A stretch of 64,000 bases of DNA from Parcubacteria group bacterium (GCA_041660065.1 JBAZXC010000003.1:1495-65494), one strand, 5' to 3'; counted from the stretch's first letter, positions 1 through 9,133 are shown. The notes: generated from the sequence alone by a model not told the origin. Translations and numbers: made by a program.

Positions 1-1
1 T

Positions 2-1441
2 TATGAAAAACAATTATGGGAAGGTTCTGGTGGGAAAGATATTCTCACGTATGTGCGAAATCGCGGGATCGGGGACGCAACGATCAAAAAATTTCAATTG
101 GGCTTTGCACCGGACGGATGGCATTTTTTAGAGAAATTCTTGGAAGATAAGGGTTTTGAAAAAGATGCGATCGTGCAAACCGGTATGCTGATCAAAAAAG
201 ATTCCGGTGAATATTACGATCGGTTTCGCGGGAGGATCATGTTTCCTATTGCAGATGTGATGGGACGTGTAATCGGGTTTACAGCACGTGCATTACCCGG
301 CCAAGATGCACAGGCAAAATATATCAACACACCTGAATCACTCCTCTATCATAAAAGCAGCGTGTTGTATGGGATCCATCACGCAAAACAAGCAATCAAA
401 AGTCAGGATAGTGTGGTCATCGTGGAGGGAAATATGGACGTGGTGGCGGCGCATGATGCGGGCGTGAATAATGTGATCGCTGTGTCAGGTACGGCAATGA
501 CCGATGAACACATTCGCCTTTTAAAACGCTATACAAAAAATTTCATACTTTTTTTCGATTCTGATAAGGCGGGTATTCAAGCGGCGCGCCGCAGTGCGAT
601 CGCATGCTATGCTGCGGATGTGCAATTACGCATGGTGCTCCTCAAGGAAGGAAAGGACGCGGCTGATATTGTGCGCGAAGATCCACAGAAGTTGCACAAG
701 ATCATCAGTGATGCGGAAAACGCCGTGATGGTGTTTATCCGCATGGCACAGGACACTTTTGTCATAGCGGATCCGCATGGAAAAAGGCAGGCGATCGAAT
801 ATGTGGCGGAGATCATTGCGCATATTGCCAATGATATAGAAAAAAATGAATGGATCGGGAAATGTGCACAAATCTTTGCTGTATCCGAGCAGATGATCCA
901 TAAAACGATGCAGGCGTTTGTCAAAAGTCCGGAGAAGTTGCCATACATACCAGAAAGTCAACCGGTTGCGGATGGTGATGACGACATGGATGACGAGATA
1001 CGCATGCAAATGCAACGAATTTACAGATCGATCATCCTCATGATGATGGCATATCCGCATGTGTGGGAACATATTTACAAAAATCGTGATCGATACGGAC
1101 CAATAATCGAACAAAGTCATATTTCCGCGCTTGTGCGCGAAGGACCGGAATGTGGATTTTCTATCGGAGATTTTGTGAGTAAAGACATCCGTCGCGAGGC
1201 GCTGTATAAAGCGGCAATGAAAATGCAACAGCTCTATGAGCTCGAACGTGAGGATGGAGGCAGTCCAATCAAAGATACAGAAACGTATATCGCGATCGCT
1301 CTCGAAAATATCAACCAAAAAAAGATCGATCATCTACTCAAAAAAATGACAGAAGCGGAAAGGAATGGGGACAGCATTGCGCAGAAAAAAATCCTCGCAC
1401 AAATCAACACATTATCACAACAAATAATACGTAATATATAA
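2..1441 (+). CDS. dnaG: DNA primase (5'-truncated by window edge)
   Basis: Frame is open from position 2. Motifs YYDRFRGRIMFPI, KYINTPES, TOPRIM IVEGNMDV and FDSD. Lies directly upstream of rpoD. Confidence 0.95.
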   Translation, partial: YEKQLWEGSGGKDILTYVRNRGIGDATIKKFQLGFAPDGWHFLEKFLEDKGFEKDAIVQTGMLIKKDSGEYYDRFRGRIMFPIADVMGRVIGFTARALPGQDAQAKYINTPESLLYHKSSVLYGIHHAKQAIKSQDSVVIVEGNMDVVAAHDAGVNNVIAVSGTAMTDEHIRLLKRYTKNFILFFDSDKAGIQAARRSAIACYAADVQLRMVLLKEGKDAADIVREDPQKLHKIISDAENAVMVFIRMAQDTFVIADPHGKRQAIEYVAEIIAHIANDIEKNEWIGKCAQIFAVSEQMIHKTMQAFVKSPEKLPYIPESQPVADGDDDMDDEIRMQMQRIYRSIILMMMAYPHVWEHIYKNRDRYGPIIEQSHISALVREGPECGFSIGDFVSKDIRREALYKAAMKMQQLYELEREDGGSPIKDTETYIAIALENINQKKIDHLLKKMTEAERNGDSIAQKKILAQINTLSQQIIRNI

Positions 1442-1444
1442 TCA

Positions 1445-2839
1445 ATGACCAGAAAATCAGAAAAAAAGGTAACCAAGAATTCTGCAAAGAAACTAGCGTC
1501 AAAGAAAAAAGGCGTAAAAAAACCTCTGAAAAAAGGACAAAAAAAAGTTGTCCAAAAACGTAGTGCAAAAAAGATTGCGCACATAAAAAAGGCACATAAA
1601 AAACGACCGGTGACGAAAAAGAAAAATATAAAACAAGTGAAGAAAAAACCGGCACAAAAGAAACAGGGGAAACCGGTGGCAAAAACTGTGGAAGAACGAC
1701 GCGTTGAACGCAAGAGTCATGTAAAGAGCGCATTGCCAAAACAGCTTGAGGAGTTGATGAATCGTGGACGTCAGAGGGGCTTTGTGACGGAAGATGAGAT
1801 CATGCATGCGATGCCGGACATTGAGAAGGATCTTGGCGGTCTGGAGGCGTTTTATGAGGGTGTGGAGTCATTTGGCATTGACATTGTCCATTCGGATGAC
1901 ATTTTACAGCTTGATATGGAGGTTGACCAAAAGAAGGGTGCACAAGGGAAAAAATTTCAGCATCAAAAAGATGTGCTTTTGGTTGAAGAGGCAGCAGCTT
2001 TGGAAGGGGGTACGGCGGATCTGGTGCAGATGTATCTCAAAGAAATCGGTCGTGTGCCATTGTTGTCCACAGAAGAAGAAATTACCATTGCCAAAGCGAT
2101 TGAAAGCGGTGACGAAGCCGCGCGTCAAAAACTTACAGAAGCAAATCTGCGTTTGGTCGTGAGCATTGCAAAAAAATATGTGGGACGTTCCACCAATCTC
2201 TCACTTCTCGATCTGATCCAGGAGGGTAATATCGGACTATTTCGTGCAGTGGAAAAATTCGACTATCAAAAAGGATTTAAGTTTTCAACTTATGCGACAT
2301 GGTGGATCCGTCAAGCGATCACGCGTGCGCTCGCCGATCAATCGCGCACAATTCGCATCCCTGTGCATATGGTGGAAACGATCAATAAATACATCCAGGT
2401 AGTGCGTCGATTGGTGCAGGAACTTGGGCGTGAACCGCTTCCGGAAGAAATTGCCGCGGAAATGGATATCGAAGTAGAAAAAGTACGTCATATTCAAAAG
2501 ATCTCACAAGAAACCGTATCATTGGAAACATCCGTAGGCGACAGTGATGATGACAGTGTCTTGGGTGACTTCATTGAGGATACAGAGTCGATCGCACCGC
2601 AACAGGGCGCATCGCGTACGTTACTTTCTGAGCATGTGGCGCAAGTGTTGGAGGATTTGTCACCACGCGAACAAAAGATCCTCAAAATCCGTTTTGGACT
2701 TGAAGATGGCGTGACACATACATTGGAAGAAGTAGGACAGGAGTTTGGCGTGACACGTGAGCGCATCCGTCAGATCGAGGCAAAGGCACTGGAAAAGATT
2801 CGTGATAATGCGATCATCGAAAAACTGAAAGATTATTAA
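1445..2839 (+). CDS. rpoD: RNA polymerase primary sigma-70 factor with Lys-rich N-terminal extension
   Basis: [40 protein letters not shown], region 4 [20 protein letters not shown]. Confidence 0.97.
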   Translation: MTRKSEKKVTKNSAKKLASKKKGVKKPLKKGQKKVVQKRSAKKIAHIKKAHKKRPVTKKKNIKQVKKKPAQKKQGKPVAKTVEERRVERKSHVKSALPKQLEELMNRGRQRGFVTEDEIMHAMPDIEKDLGGLEAFYEGVESFGIDIVHSDDILQLDMEVDQKKGAQGKKFQHQKDVLLVEEAAALEGGTADLVQMYLKEIGRVPLLSTEEEITIAKAIESGDEAARQKLTEANLRLVVSIAKKYVGRSTNLSLLDLIQEGNIGLFRAVEKFDYQKGFKFSTYATWWIRQAITRALADQSRTIRIPVHMVETINKYIQVVRRLVQELGREPLPEEIAAEMDIEVEKVRHIQKISQETVSLETSVGDSDDDSVLGDFIEDTESIAPQQGASRTLLSEHVAQVLEDLSPREQKILKIRFGLEDGVTHTLEEVGQEFGVTRERIRQIEAKALEKIRDNAIIEKLKDY

Positions 2840-2856
2840 TTTTTTGATAAAAGTAT

Positions 2857-3285
2857 ATGGAAAAAGGTTTTGAATCTCCCCTAAAAAAACAAACCCCTGC
2901 AAAATCTCACGAAGGTCCGATAGAGATCACAAAGGAGATGTTGGAAAGCGGTGAGGTGGACAAATTATTTCCCGGATTAGAGGGTGTGAGTTTTGAAAAT
3001 GCCGATTTTGAAAAGATATTTGATCTTGCGCGAGAAAAGATCAATGCTGATGATGAGATCAGGCAATATATATTCACCCCAGAAGATCTGCAAACGGTCG
3101 GTCGCATTATTGAGGGAGAAATAGAAGCAAGTAAGAATAGCGGTGTGTATAATCTGCGTGTCAATGAGTTATTGGGTGACAAGCAAAAAATGGATGAATA
3201 TGTGGATAATTCAGCTACCAATTTGCACAAAAAGATCAAGAAAGCCATTCAAGAAAAATTGGGATCTTCTGTCGATACACACTGA
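2857..3285 (+). CDS. hypothetical protein
   Basis: 142-aa ORF co-oriented after rpoD and followed by a terminator hairpin. Confidence 0.7.
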   Translation: MEKGFESPLKKQTPAKSHEGPIEITKEMLESGEVDKLFPGLEGVSFENADFEKIFDLAREKINADDEIRQYIFTPEDLQTVGRIIEGEIEASKNSGVYNLRVNELLGDKQKMDEYVDNSATNLHKKIKKAIQEKLGSSVDTH

Positions 3286-3293
3286 TTTTTTCC

Positions 3294-3337
3294 AAAAAGA
3301 CGCAAAATCATCAGATGCTTGCGTCTTTTTGATTTTT
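3294..3337 (+). terminator. intrinsic terminator overlapping the -35 of the tRNA-locus promoter
   Basis: AAAAAGACGCAA...TTGCGTCTTTTT inverted repeat plus T-run. Confidence 0.7.
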
Positions 3338-3347
3338 ACTCTATAAT
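3319..3347 (+). promoter_or_regulatory. sigma-70 promoter of tRNA/GIY-YIG locus
   Basis: TTGCGT-17bp-TATAAT. Confidence 0.55.
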
Positions 3348-3371
3348 CAGACCTGTATCGATTTGATACAG

Positions 3372-3439
3372 GAATATTCTGCGATAGCCCCGACGTTGTG
3401 TCGGGGTTCCGACAGACAAATGTCTCGTCGGAGCTTAGC
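3372..3439 (+). repeat. degenerate tRNA-Asn 5'-end copy interrupted by a double-hairpin palindrome
   Basis: GAATATTCTGCGATAGC matches 4093-4109 with 1 mismatch. Then CCCCGAC-GTTGT-GTCGGGG and TCCGAC...GTCGGA hairpins, resuming as GCTTAGC (tRNA has GCTCAGC). Confidence 0.65.
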
Positions 3440-3448
3440 AATAAAAGT

Positions 3449-3657
3449 ATGGCTCACGTTTATATTTTGGAAAGTCTCAGAAAAGAGGAGGTACATATTC
3501 GACAAAAAGATTTGGAGGAGTTAAAATGGTTTTTATGCAAGAGTTTGCGTCTGTTGAATTGGCAAGAAAGATGGAAATGAAGTTAAAGAAAATGAAAAGA
3601 AAAGATTATTTGAAAAAAATTATTGAAGATGGATTTATTAAAATTCAAAGTAATTAA
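3449..3657 (+). pseudogene. small GIY-YIG nuclease with internal deletion/frameshift
   Basis: N-term MAHVYILESLR, then in another frame KRGGTYSTKRFGGVKMVFMQEFASVELARKMEMKLKKMKRKDYLKKII. The YIG/RL..H segment is missing. Confidence 0.7.
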
Positions 3658-3715
3658 TAGTTGTTGAATATTTAAAAATTTAATCAAAAAATTTTTTTGA
3701 TTAAAAATTGGATAT

Positions 3716-3757
3716 TCCGCGATAGCTCTCCGCCAGCTGGCGGAGGTAGAGCAGTTG
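3716..3757 (+). repeat. tRNA-Asn 5'-half copy with 18-bp palindrome in the D-loop
   Basis: TCCGCGATAGCTC-TCCGCCAGCTGGCGGA-GGTAGAGCAGTTG versus tRNA TCCGCGATAGCTC-AGC-GGTAGAGCAGTTG. Confidence 0.9.
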
Positions 3758-3761
3758 CCAT

Positions 3762-4010
3762 ATGTTTTACGTCTATTGCATTTATAATAAAAAGAATAAT
3801 AAAATCTATATCGGACAAACAAAAGATCTTGAGAATAGATTAGAGTTACATAACCAGAAAACGTTTAAAGGTTTTACTTCTCGTTTTGATGGTGAGTGGG
3901 TTCTGATCTACTCTGAAGAAGTTGAATCTCGCACAGATGCTCTGAATAGAGAGAAACAACTAAAAAGTTTTAGGGGTAGAGAGTTTGTTAAAGAACATAT
4001 TCCGCGATAG
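3762..4010 (+). CDS. small GIY-YIG nuclease family protein
   Basis: FYVYCI...IYIGQTKDLENRLELHN...W.LIYSE...ALNREKQLK. The TAG stop is supplied by a tRNA 5'-end copy. Confidence 0.9.
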   Translation: MFYVYCIYNKKNNKIYIGQTKDLENRLELHNQKTFKGFTSRFDGEWVLIYSEEVESRTDALNREKQLKSFRGREFVKEHIPR

Positions 4011-4038
4011 CTCTCCGCCAGCTGGCGGAGGTAGAGCA
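4001..4038 (+). repeat. second tRNA-Asn 5'-end copy with the same palindrome
   Basis: Identical to 3716-3753. Confidence 0.9.
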
Positions 4039-4098
4039 TAAAGATGTTGAATGTTTAAAAATTTGATCAAAAAGAGCTTTTGGTCAAAAATTGAATAT

Positions 4099-4170
4099 TC
4101 CGCGATAGCTCAGCGGTAGAGCAGTTGACTGTTAATCAATTGGTCATAGGTTCGAATCCTATTCGCGGAG
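4099..4170 (+). tRNA. tRNA-Asn(GTT), CCA not encoded
   Basis: Acceptor TCCGCGA/TCGCGGA, D arm GCTC..GAGC, anticodon arm GTTGA-CTGTTAA-TCAAT, T arm ATAGG-TTCGAAT-CCTAT. Confidence 0.97.
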
Positions 4171-5760
4171 CATCATTGGAGAACTGGAGAATAAAACCTC
4201 CAGTTCTTCTTTATTTATCGGCAAATCGGGAGGTTCGAACCTCCCGATAATTGACTGAGACGCTTTTGATAATTTTTGGCATGCCAGAATTGGATTTTTG
4301 GCTTCAACATTGAACAATTTGTTAATAATGGTGAGGTTCGAACCTAAATTCGCAAGTATCTGTTTTTTTGTCTTATCATCTCCATCCTTAAATCTTCTTG
4401 CGATATCTTCTGAAACATCCAACGCTTTTTCTAGGCGATCCAGCCAAGTTTCTGTTTGGGTCGGCATGTCTTTTATAGCGCTCTTGAAATTTTCTTTTTC
4501 TTTCGTTATCTCTGTCTTTTTGGCTGCAAATTCTGCCTCAGAAATTTCATTATTGAGCCTCATGTCCATCAACCTGCTTAACTTCTTGTCAGCGGTCTCA
4601 ACGGCTGTAATTTGGCCGTCCAAGATTCTCTTGTCTGCTGCCAATTCTTCAGAATATCTATCTCTTAGATAGCGCACCGCCCAATCCTTAAAGCCTGGCG
4701 GAACATCCATGTTTTCTATGAAATCCATAATTTGACCCTCGAGCTTTTTTTCTTCCACTACTTTTCTTTCCGGACAGTTAGGATCTTTCCTCCGGGTGCA
4801 GTGGTAATAGGTGTAAAAATGCACGTTTCCATTTTTGTTCCTTTTGGTTTTGTGTTCAGCAGTTATCATTGCCTTACATTTGCCACACTGTATCACCCCA
4901 GTGTAGGCAAAGGTGTATTTTTGGGGTCGGGTAGTGCCTTTCTTTCCAAGTATGGCTTGGATTTTCAGAAATTCTGTTTGTGAGATCATCGCATTGTGTT
5001 TTCCCTCAAACCATTTGCCACTGCCTTTGGGATATTCGAATGTTCCCTGATAAAAAGAATTGTTTAACATGGCATACCAAGAACTAATTGATATTTTCCC
5101 TCCATTCTTGTTTGTTAAACCAAATTTAGTTGTAGCAATCCTAAAAGCATCAGCAGGAGTTTCTTTAAAGGTCGCAATCGATTTGAAAGCTTTGCGTATT
5201 ATATCAAATTTGTCAGGGTCATTGATGACTTCCTTTTTGCCTTTATCTTTTTTCGGAGCGGGAAGATATCCAAGCGGAGGAGAATAAGGACACCATCCGC
5301 TTTCAGCTTTGGTACGCAGTCCTCTTTTTGTATCTATGCTTAGGTCGCGAATAAACTGGTTGGCCATTCCTTGCTCGACCGCCATTACCAATACATTATC
5401 TTCCGGGTAGTAGCTTCTTTCAAAAGTGAGAATGTGTTTGAGTTTTTCCGATTGGAGCATCCAGCTTATCCGACCGCTGTCGATTGGATTCCGTGAGAGC
5501 CGATTCATCTTCCAGCATATGATCCCATCGGCTTCGCCTTTTTCTATTCTGGTCATCATTTTACTAAACATTGGTCGACCTGGGGCTTTAGCCGACATGG
5601 ATTCGGTAAATGTTTCCACTATTTCTACGCCATGTCTTTCGGCAAGTTTGTCTAGTTCCTCTATTTGGGATTCTATGGATTGCACTTGGCGATCCTCGCT
5701 TTCAGAAGATTTGCGAGCATACACAAAGTATTTGATTGATTGAGCATTTTTTTGATACAT
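4159..5760 (-). CDS. large serine recombinase (LSR1)
   Basis: YARKSSESEDRQ catalytic motif, NRLSRN, recombinase domain, Zn ribbon CGKC...C...C, coiled coil. Confidence 0.95.
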   Translation of the reverse strand: MYQKNAQSIKYFVYARKSSESEDRQVQSIESQIEELDKLAERHGVEIVETFTESMSAKAPGRPMFSKMMTRIEKGEADGIICWKMNRLSRNPIDSGRISWMLQSEKLKHILTFERSYYPEDNVLVMAVEQGMANQFIRDLSIDTKRGLRTKAESGWCPYSPPLGYLPAPKKDKGKKEVINDPDKFDIIRKAFKSIATFKETPADAFRIATTKFGLTNKNGGKISISSWYAMLNNSFYQGTFEYPKGSGKWFEGKHNAMISQTEFLKIQAILGKKGTTRPQKYTFAYTGVIQCGKCKAMITAEHKTKRNKNGNVHFYTYYHCTRRKDPNCPERKVVEEKKLEGQIMDFIENMDVPPGFKDWAVRYLRDRYSEELAADKRILDGQITAVETADKKLSRLMDMRLNNEISEAEFAAKKTEITKEKENFKSAIKDMPTQTETWLDRLEKALDVSEDIARRFKDGDDKTKKQILANLGSNLTIINKLFNVEAKNPILACQKLSKASQSIIGRFEPPDLPINKEELEVLFSSSPMMLRE

Positions 5761-6017
5761 ATTTTTCTTTTTGGCTTGTTATAGAGCTTTTCCAACAACA
5801 CAATACCCCATAAAGGCATACAAGTCTATCTGAGAAACTTAAGTTTTCTCAAGGCCTAATTTTTAAACATTTTTAAACCTTTTTAGACCTGTTGAAATTG
5901 AAAATTGCTTTATTTGAGCCATTATTAATTTTGATGATTAATGTGATATTTGGTTGAAATGGCAAAATACACATGTATTATATGGGATGAAATTTTGCCG
6001 TTTCAGAACCTTGTTAT

Positions 6018-7073
6018 TTATTTGGATTCTTTTGGGCGTATTAACTTTTGATTTCCTCGACCCTGCACCTCCTCAATAATGCCATCCTCGATAAGTGCAT
6101 TGATTGCCCAGCGCACTACTTTCATTCCAACATTGCTCTTTGTCTTGATTTCTTTGGTTAAATCTCCACGTAATATTCCCGCCGCATATCCTTGGAGGAC
6201 TACTGGTATAGCATCCTTTGCTTTTTTGTAGGCAGATTCTTTTTTTGAATCCAGTTTTCCTTTAAATTCAAACCACATATTATCTTCAGTCTCTATGATT
6301 TCTAAGGCAAATGAGCCTTCCTCTCGTGCGCATCTGCATTGGGCATGTTCAACAATAATCTTATTTTCATCATCAGGATCCTTTTTTATTGCTATATGCG
6401 AATCAACAGCGGCACTAATGTCTGATGATCCTCGCATCCTAACTGGAGCAGCGCTATTGTGAGCACCCTCTTTTCTTTCATGGTGCAGAATAATCACGGT
6501 AAGTTTGTTTTCGCACAAACGCTTAATCTGCGCAAAGACTTTTGCTATGTCTTTTGAGCTATTTTCCTCCAAATCATGTAAGCGCACCAATGAGTCCAAG
6601 ATAACCACCTTGGCCTCTCTTTCTTCGCATATTCCTATTAGACCGTCTATATGGTCGTCATTTGTTAGGGAAAATCCCTTTTGAGATATGAAAGATATTC
6701 CCAAATTTTCTATTGCTCCAAGTTTCTTTACTCTTTCTTTTATGAATCGTTCATGATTTTCTTCATCGACAATTATAATGCCGTTATTTTTGCAATCATA
6801 TTGCTCAAAAGCTTTCTTTCCCTGAGATATACAAAGTGCAAGATAAAGCGATATAAACGATTTATATGATTTTGGAGCCCCTGAAATTATAGTAATAGCT
6901 TCTGCTGGTATCAGTTTTTCGACTATCCATAATGGAGCTTCAAAGTTCTTTTCCAGTAAATTGTTTAGATACACTGGTTTAAAAAACTTATTATAATCAA
7001 ACTCCCCAAATTCATCGTATGCTTCAAAGTCTTTGGATATTTTTCGATCCCTAAATACTTTTGGTAATAACAT
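6018..7073 (-). CDS. AAA_25/RepA-like SF4 helicase-family ATPase
   Basis: Walker A GAPKSYKS, Walker B VVILDS, HHERK and MRGSSDI motifs, C-terminal wHTH-like segment. Confidence 0.8.
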   Translation of the reverse strand: MLLPKVFRDRKISKDFEAYDEFGEFDYNKFFKPVYLNNLLEKNFEAPLWIVEKLIPAEAITIISGAPKSYKSFISLYLALCISQGKKAFEQYDCKNNGIIIVDEENHERFIKERVKKLGAIENLGISFISQKGFSLTNDDHIDGLIGICEEREAKVVILDSLVRLHDLEENSSKDIAKVFAQIKRLCENKLTVIILHHERKEGAHNSAAPVRMRGSSDISAAVDSHIAIKKDPDDENKIIVEHAQCRCAREEGSFALEIIETEDNMWFEFKGKLDSKKESAYKKAKDAIPVVLQGYAAGILRGDLTKEIKTKSNVGMKVVRWAINALIEDGIIEEVQGRGNQKLIRPKESK

Positions 7074-7129
7074 AGTTTTATTGTTAATAACGAATTAGTT
7101 TTTATTTCCCCGATAACTTACAAATCAAA

Positions 7130-7300
7130 CTAGGGAGGAGAATTGCTTGAAGAGCTAGGTTCTTTTTTATAGGTAGCAACTAATAAATTTAAAAATTGCT
7201 CAGCATTTCGGCAAGCTTCTTTTCCGGAGATATCTAAATCCAGCTCTGATTTGAACAAAGAGACTAATTCTTCCGTTTCACTTTTAGAAAATATAGACAT
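7130..7300 (-). CDS. 56-aa small protein (possible excisionase/RDF-like)
   Basis: MSIFSKSETEELVSLFKSELDLDISGKEACRNAEQFLNLL... Below the ORF-track cutoff. Positional and sequence analogue of 19357-19548. Confidence 0.6.
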   Translation of the reverse strand: MSIFSKSETEELVSLFKSELDLDISGKEACRNAEQFLNLLVATYKKEPSSSSNSPP

Positions 7301-7340
7301 ATGGTTTCGTGCTATTATGTCTATTTGAGCACGAAACCAT
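7301..7340. promoter_or_regulatory. 13-bp inverted repeat immediately upstream of the small ORF
   Basis: ATGGTTTCGTGCT...AGCACGAAACCAT. Confidence 0.5.
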
Positions 7341-7431
7341 TGCTTAAAAATATAGTAAGACCACTTAAAATAAACAAAAAAAACGCTCTTATGAGCGAAT
7401 GTTTGGAGGTGTTATAAAATTAAGTACTTAA

Positions 7432-8223
7432 TTAAGTTCCTATTCTATTTTTTTGTTTACTAAGATTCCTTTTGTAATCCTGGCTTGTCATCTTTCGCGT
7501 AGTCACTTTTTTGGATATTTCTAACTTTCTGTCATGCTTGTATGGGTCATCAAATCGAACAATTTCTGTTAGTTTGTAAATTTGTTTTTTTCCATCTTTA
7601 CCTCGATATAATTTACAACTGGCATTTGAATTCAAATAATCTCTACACTGAACTAGATCATCACATTTTAATACGTCAGTGCCATCCTCAATTGCTTCAA
7701 TCATGGCTTTTATATTTTTAGACGTGGAGCCTACGATTGTTACTGCTTCATTGTAGTCTTTATTGATAACCATAAGTGGATCAGCTTGCTGTGTTTTGGT
7801 TACGACTATAATATCCTTAATCTCTTTCATATTCTCATCATTCACAATTTTGTCTGGGATTTCTTCCTTCTTGATTTTTTCCTCATAAAAACCCGCGAAG
7901 GAAAGTGCTTCATCTAGTCCCTTAATTAAAATATCATGCACTTGGTGAATAGCCTCAAAATCCTTTTTCATTTCATCTATAGTACCAGATCCTATATCTA
8001 GCCATTCTTCAAAAGGCAGCTCCTCGCTAGGTATGAGTCCACTTTGCAAATCTTCTCCCAATATTTTTTTAAAAATTCCATCGTTTTGAACATATTCAAA
8101 ATAAGCATCGCGCGCTGATAAAAAAAGCTTGTTATCCTTTTTTTTCACGCAATCACTTAAAGCCTGAAATCTTTGCTTAAGGCCATATCTAGCTATTGCA
8201 GTTTCTGTTGCTAATTCGCTCAT
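7432..8223 (-). CDS. hypothetical protein (possible element regulator)
   Basis: 263-aa ORF in the same position as 19657-20367 in element 2. Confidence 0.65.
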   Translation of the reverse strand: MSELATETAIARYGLKQRFQALSDCVKKKDNKLFLSARDAYFEYVQNDGIFKKILGEDLQSGLIPSEELPFEEWLDIGSGTIDEMKKDFEAIHQVHDILIKGLDEALSFAGFYEEKIKKEEIPDKIVNDENMKEIKDIIVVTKTQQADPLMVINKDYNEAVTIVGSTSKNIKAMIEAIEDGTDVLKCDDLVQCRDYLNSNASCKLYRGKDGKKQIYKLTEIVRFDDPYKHDRKLEISKKVTTRKMTSQDYKRNLSKQKNRIGT

Positions 8224-8313
8224 AAACTTTTCCTTTCCTTTAATCTACCTTAGCGAGCGCAAAAAATCAATCAAATACTTGTATAATAAGCCATTTGATG
8301 GTATTTTATATGC

Positions 8314-8490
8314 GAACCCACAATCAAAAAATACTGAGGCATAACCTTGAGGTTTTTGTCCTATCACGCCCTTTAGCGGGCGGCTCGGCGCACATGATAG
8401 GACACCTCGGTGTTTCTTGATTGTGGGTTCCGTCGGGTCGTCCACTCAAGCGGAACTTCTCGACGACTTATTTACTAAGTCGTTTTTTGT
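8314..8490 (+). ncRNA. structured RNA, c4/CI-antisense-like architecture, plus terminator
   Basis: 26-bp stem 8314-8339/8405-8430 with G-U pairs on + strand; inner TGTCCTATCA/TGATAGGACA; TATAAT at 8282; ACGACTTA..TAAGTCGT-T6 terminator. Confidence 0.55.
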
Positions 8491-8501
8491 TATCCAAATT
8501 T

Positions 8502-8696
8502 ATGGAAAAGCCAAATGAAAAATCTTTTTTCAGACAGGCACTTGAGTTTGCAGGTGTTTATATTTTGAGTATGTTTCTTGTTTTATTTGCCTTCGGACAT
8601 TCTCCGAGTAATCAAATTCGGTTTTATTTTTCTTCCCTGATGGTCGCAATGGCTATATTCACTGCATACGAAGTCGGGAAAAGTAAGGCGGTGTAG
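8502..8696 (+). CDS. small 2-TM membrane protein
   Basis: MEKPNEKSFFRQALEF..., two hydrophobic stretches. Confidence 0.55.
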   Translation: MEKPNEKSFFRQALEFAGVYILSMFLVLFAFGHSPSNQIRFYFSSLMVAMAIFTAYEVGKSKAV

Positions 8697-8719
8697 TTAA
8701 TTATGTAATTTTAATAAGC

Positions 8720-8869
8720 ATGAAAAATATACTTATATTGATATTTTTCGCAGTCGTGGTCTTTTTAGAAGTTAGAAACAAAAAGATGAAGGACTATGGC
8801 GTTAAAGAGGTAGGTTTAATTATATTAACTGCGTTAATAGCATTTGGTTTTATAAGAGTGCTTTTTTAA
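8720..8869 (+). CDS. 49-aa 2-TM membrane protein
   Basis: MKNILILIFFAVVVFLEVRNKKMKDYGVKEVGLIILTALIAFGFIRVLF (not in ORF track). Confidence 0.5.
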   Translation: MKNILILIFFAVVVFLEVRNKKMKDYGVKEVGLIILTALIAFGFIRVLF

Positions 8870-8892
8870 TTAGCCACTAGAGAAATTAAAAA

Positions 8893-9075
8893 ATGAAATT
8901 TTTACTTTTCGTATTCAATTTAATAGCAGTTATTTATCTGATGTCCTTTATAAATATAAACAGCGACATCTTTGGTATGGCTATTATTTGGAGTATTGCT
9001 TTTGGAGTGCTTCTTTTTCTGAATGTTCTTATGTTTATTTGTTATAGATATTTGAAGAGATTTTGCAACAAATAA
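8893..9075 (+). CDS. small 2-TM membrane protein
   Basis: 60 aa, two hydrophobic helices, basic C-terminus. Confidence 0.5.
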   Translation: MKFLLFVFNLIAVIYLMSFININSDIFGMAIIWSIAFGVLLFLNVLMFICYRYLKRFCNK

Positions 9076-9109
9076 ACTGCTATGCTTTATAAAATTTGCA
9101 ATAGTGATA

Positions 9110-9133
9110 GACTGGTTATGAGACCAGTTTTTT
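9110..9133 (+). terminator. intrinsic terminator
   Basis: ACTGGT-TATGAG-ACCAGT followed by T-run. Confidence 0.5.

Noticed and set aside
607-2902. Antisense and alternative-frame ORFs over dnaG/rpoD (and similar shadows elsewhere)
   Set aside because: They overlap well-supported genes and have no motifs of their own.
3716-4038. Extra tRNA genes or an intron-split tRNA
   Set aside because: The copies stop before or at the anticodon stem and no separate 3' half follows; the only 3' half belongs to the intact tRNA at 4099-4170.
3372-4120. CRISPR array
   Set aside because: The repeats are tRNA 5' fragments with irregular 100-340 bp spacing that contains ORFs; no cas genes in the window.
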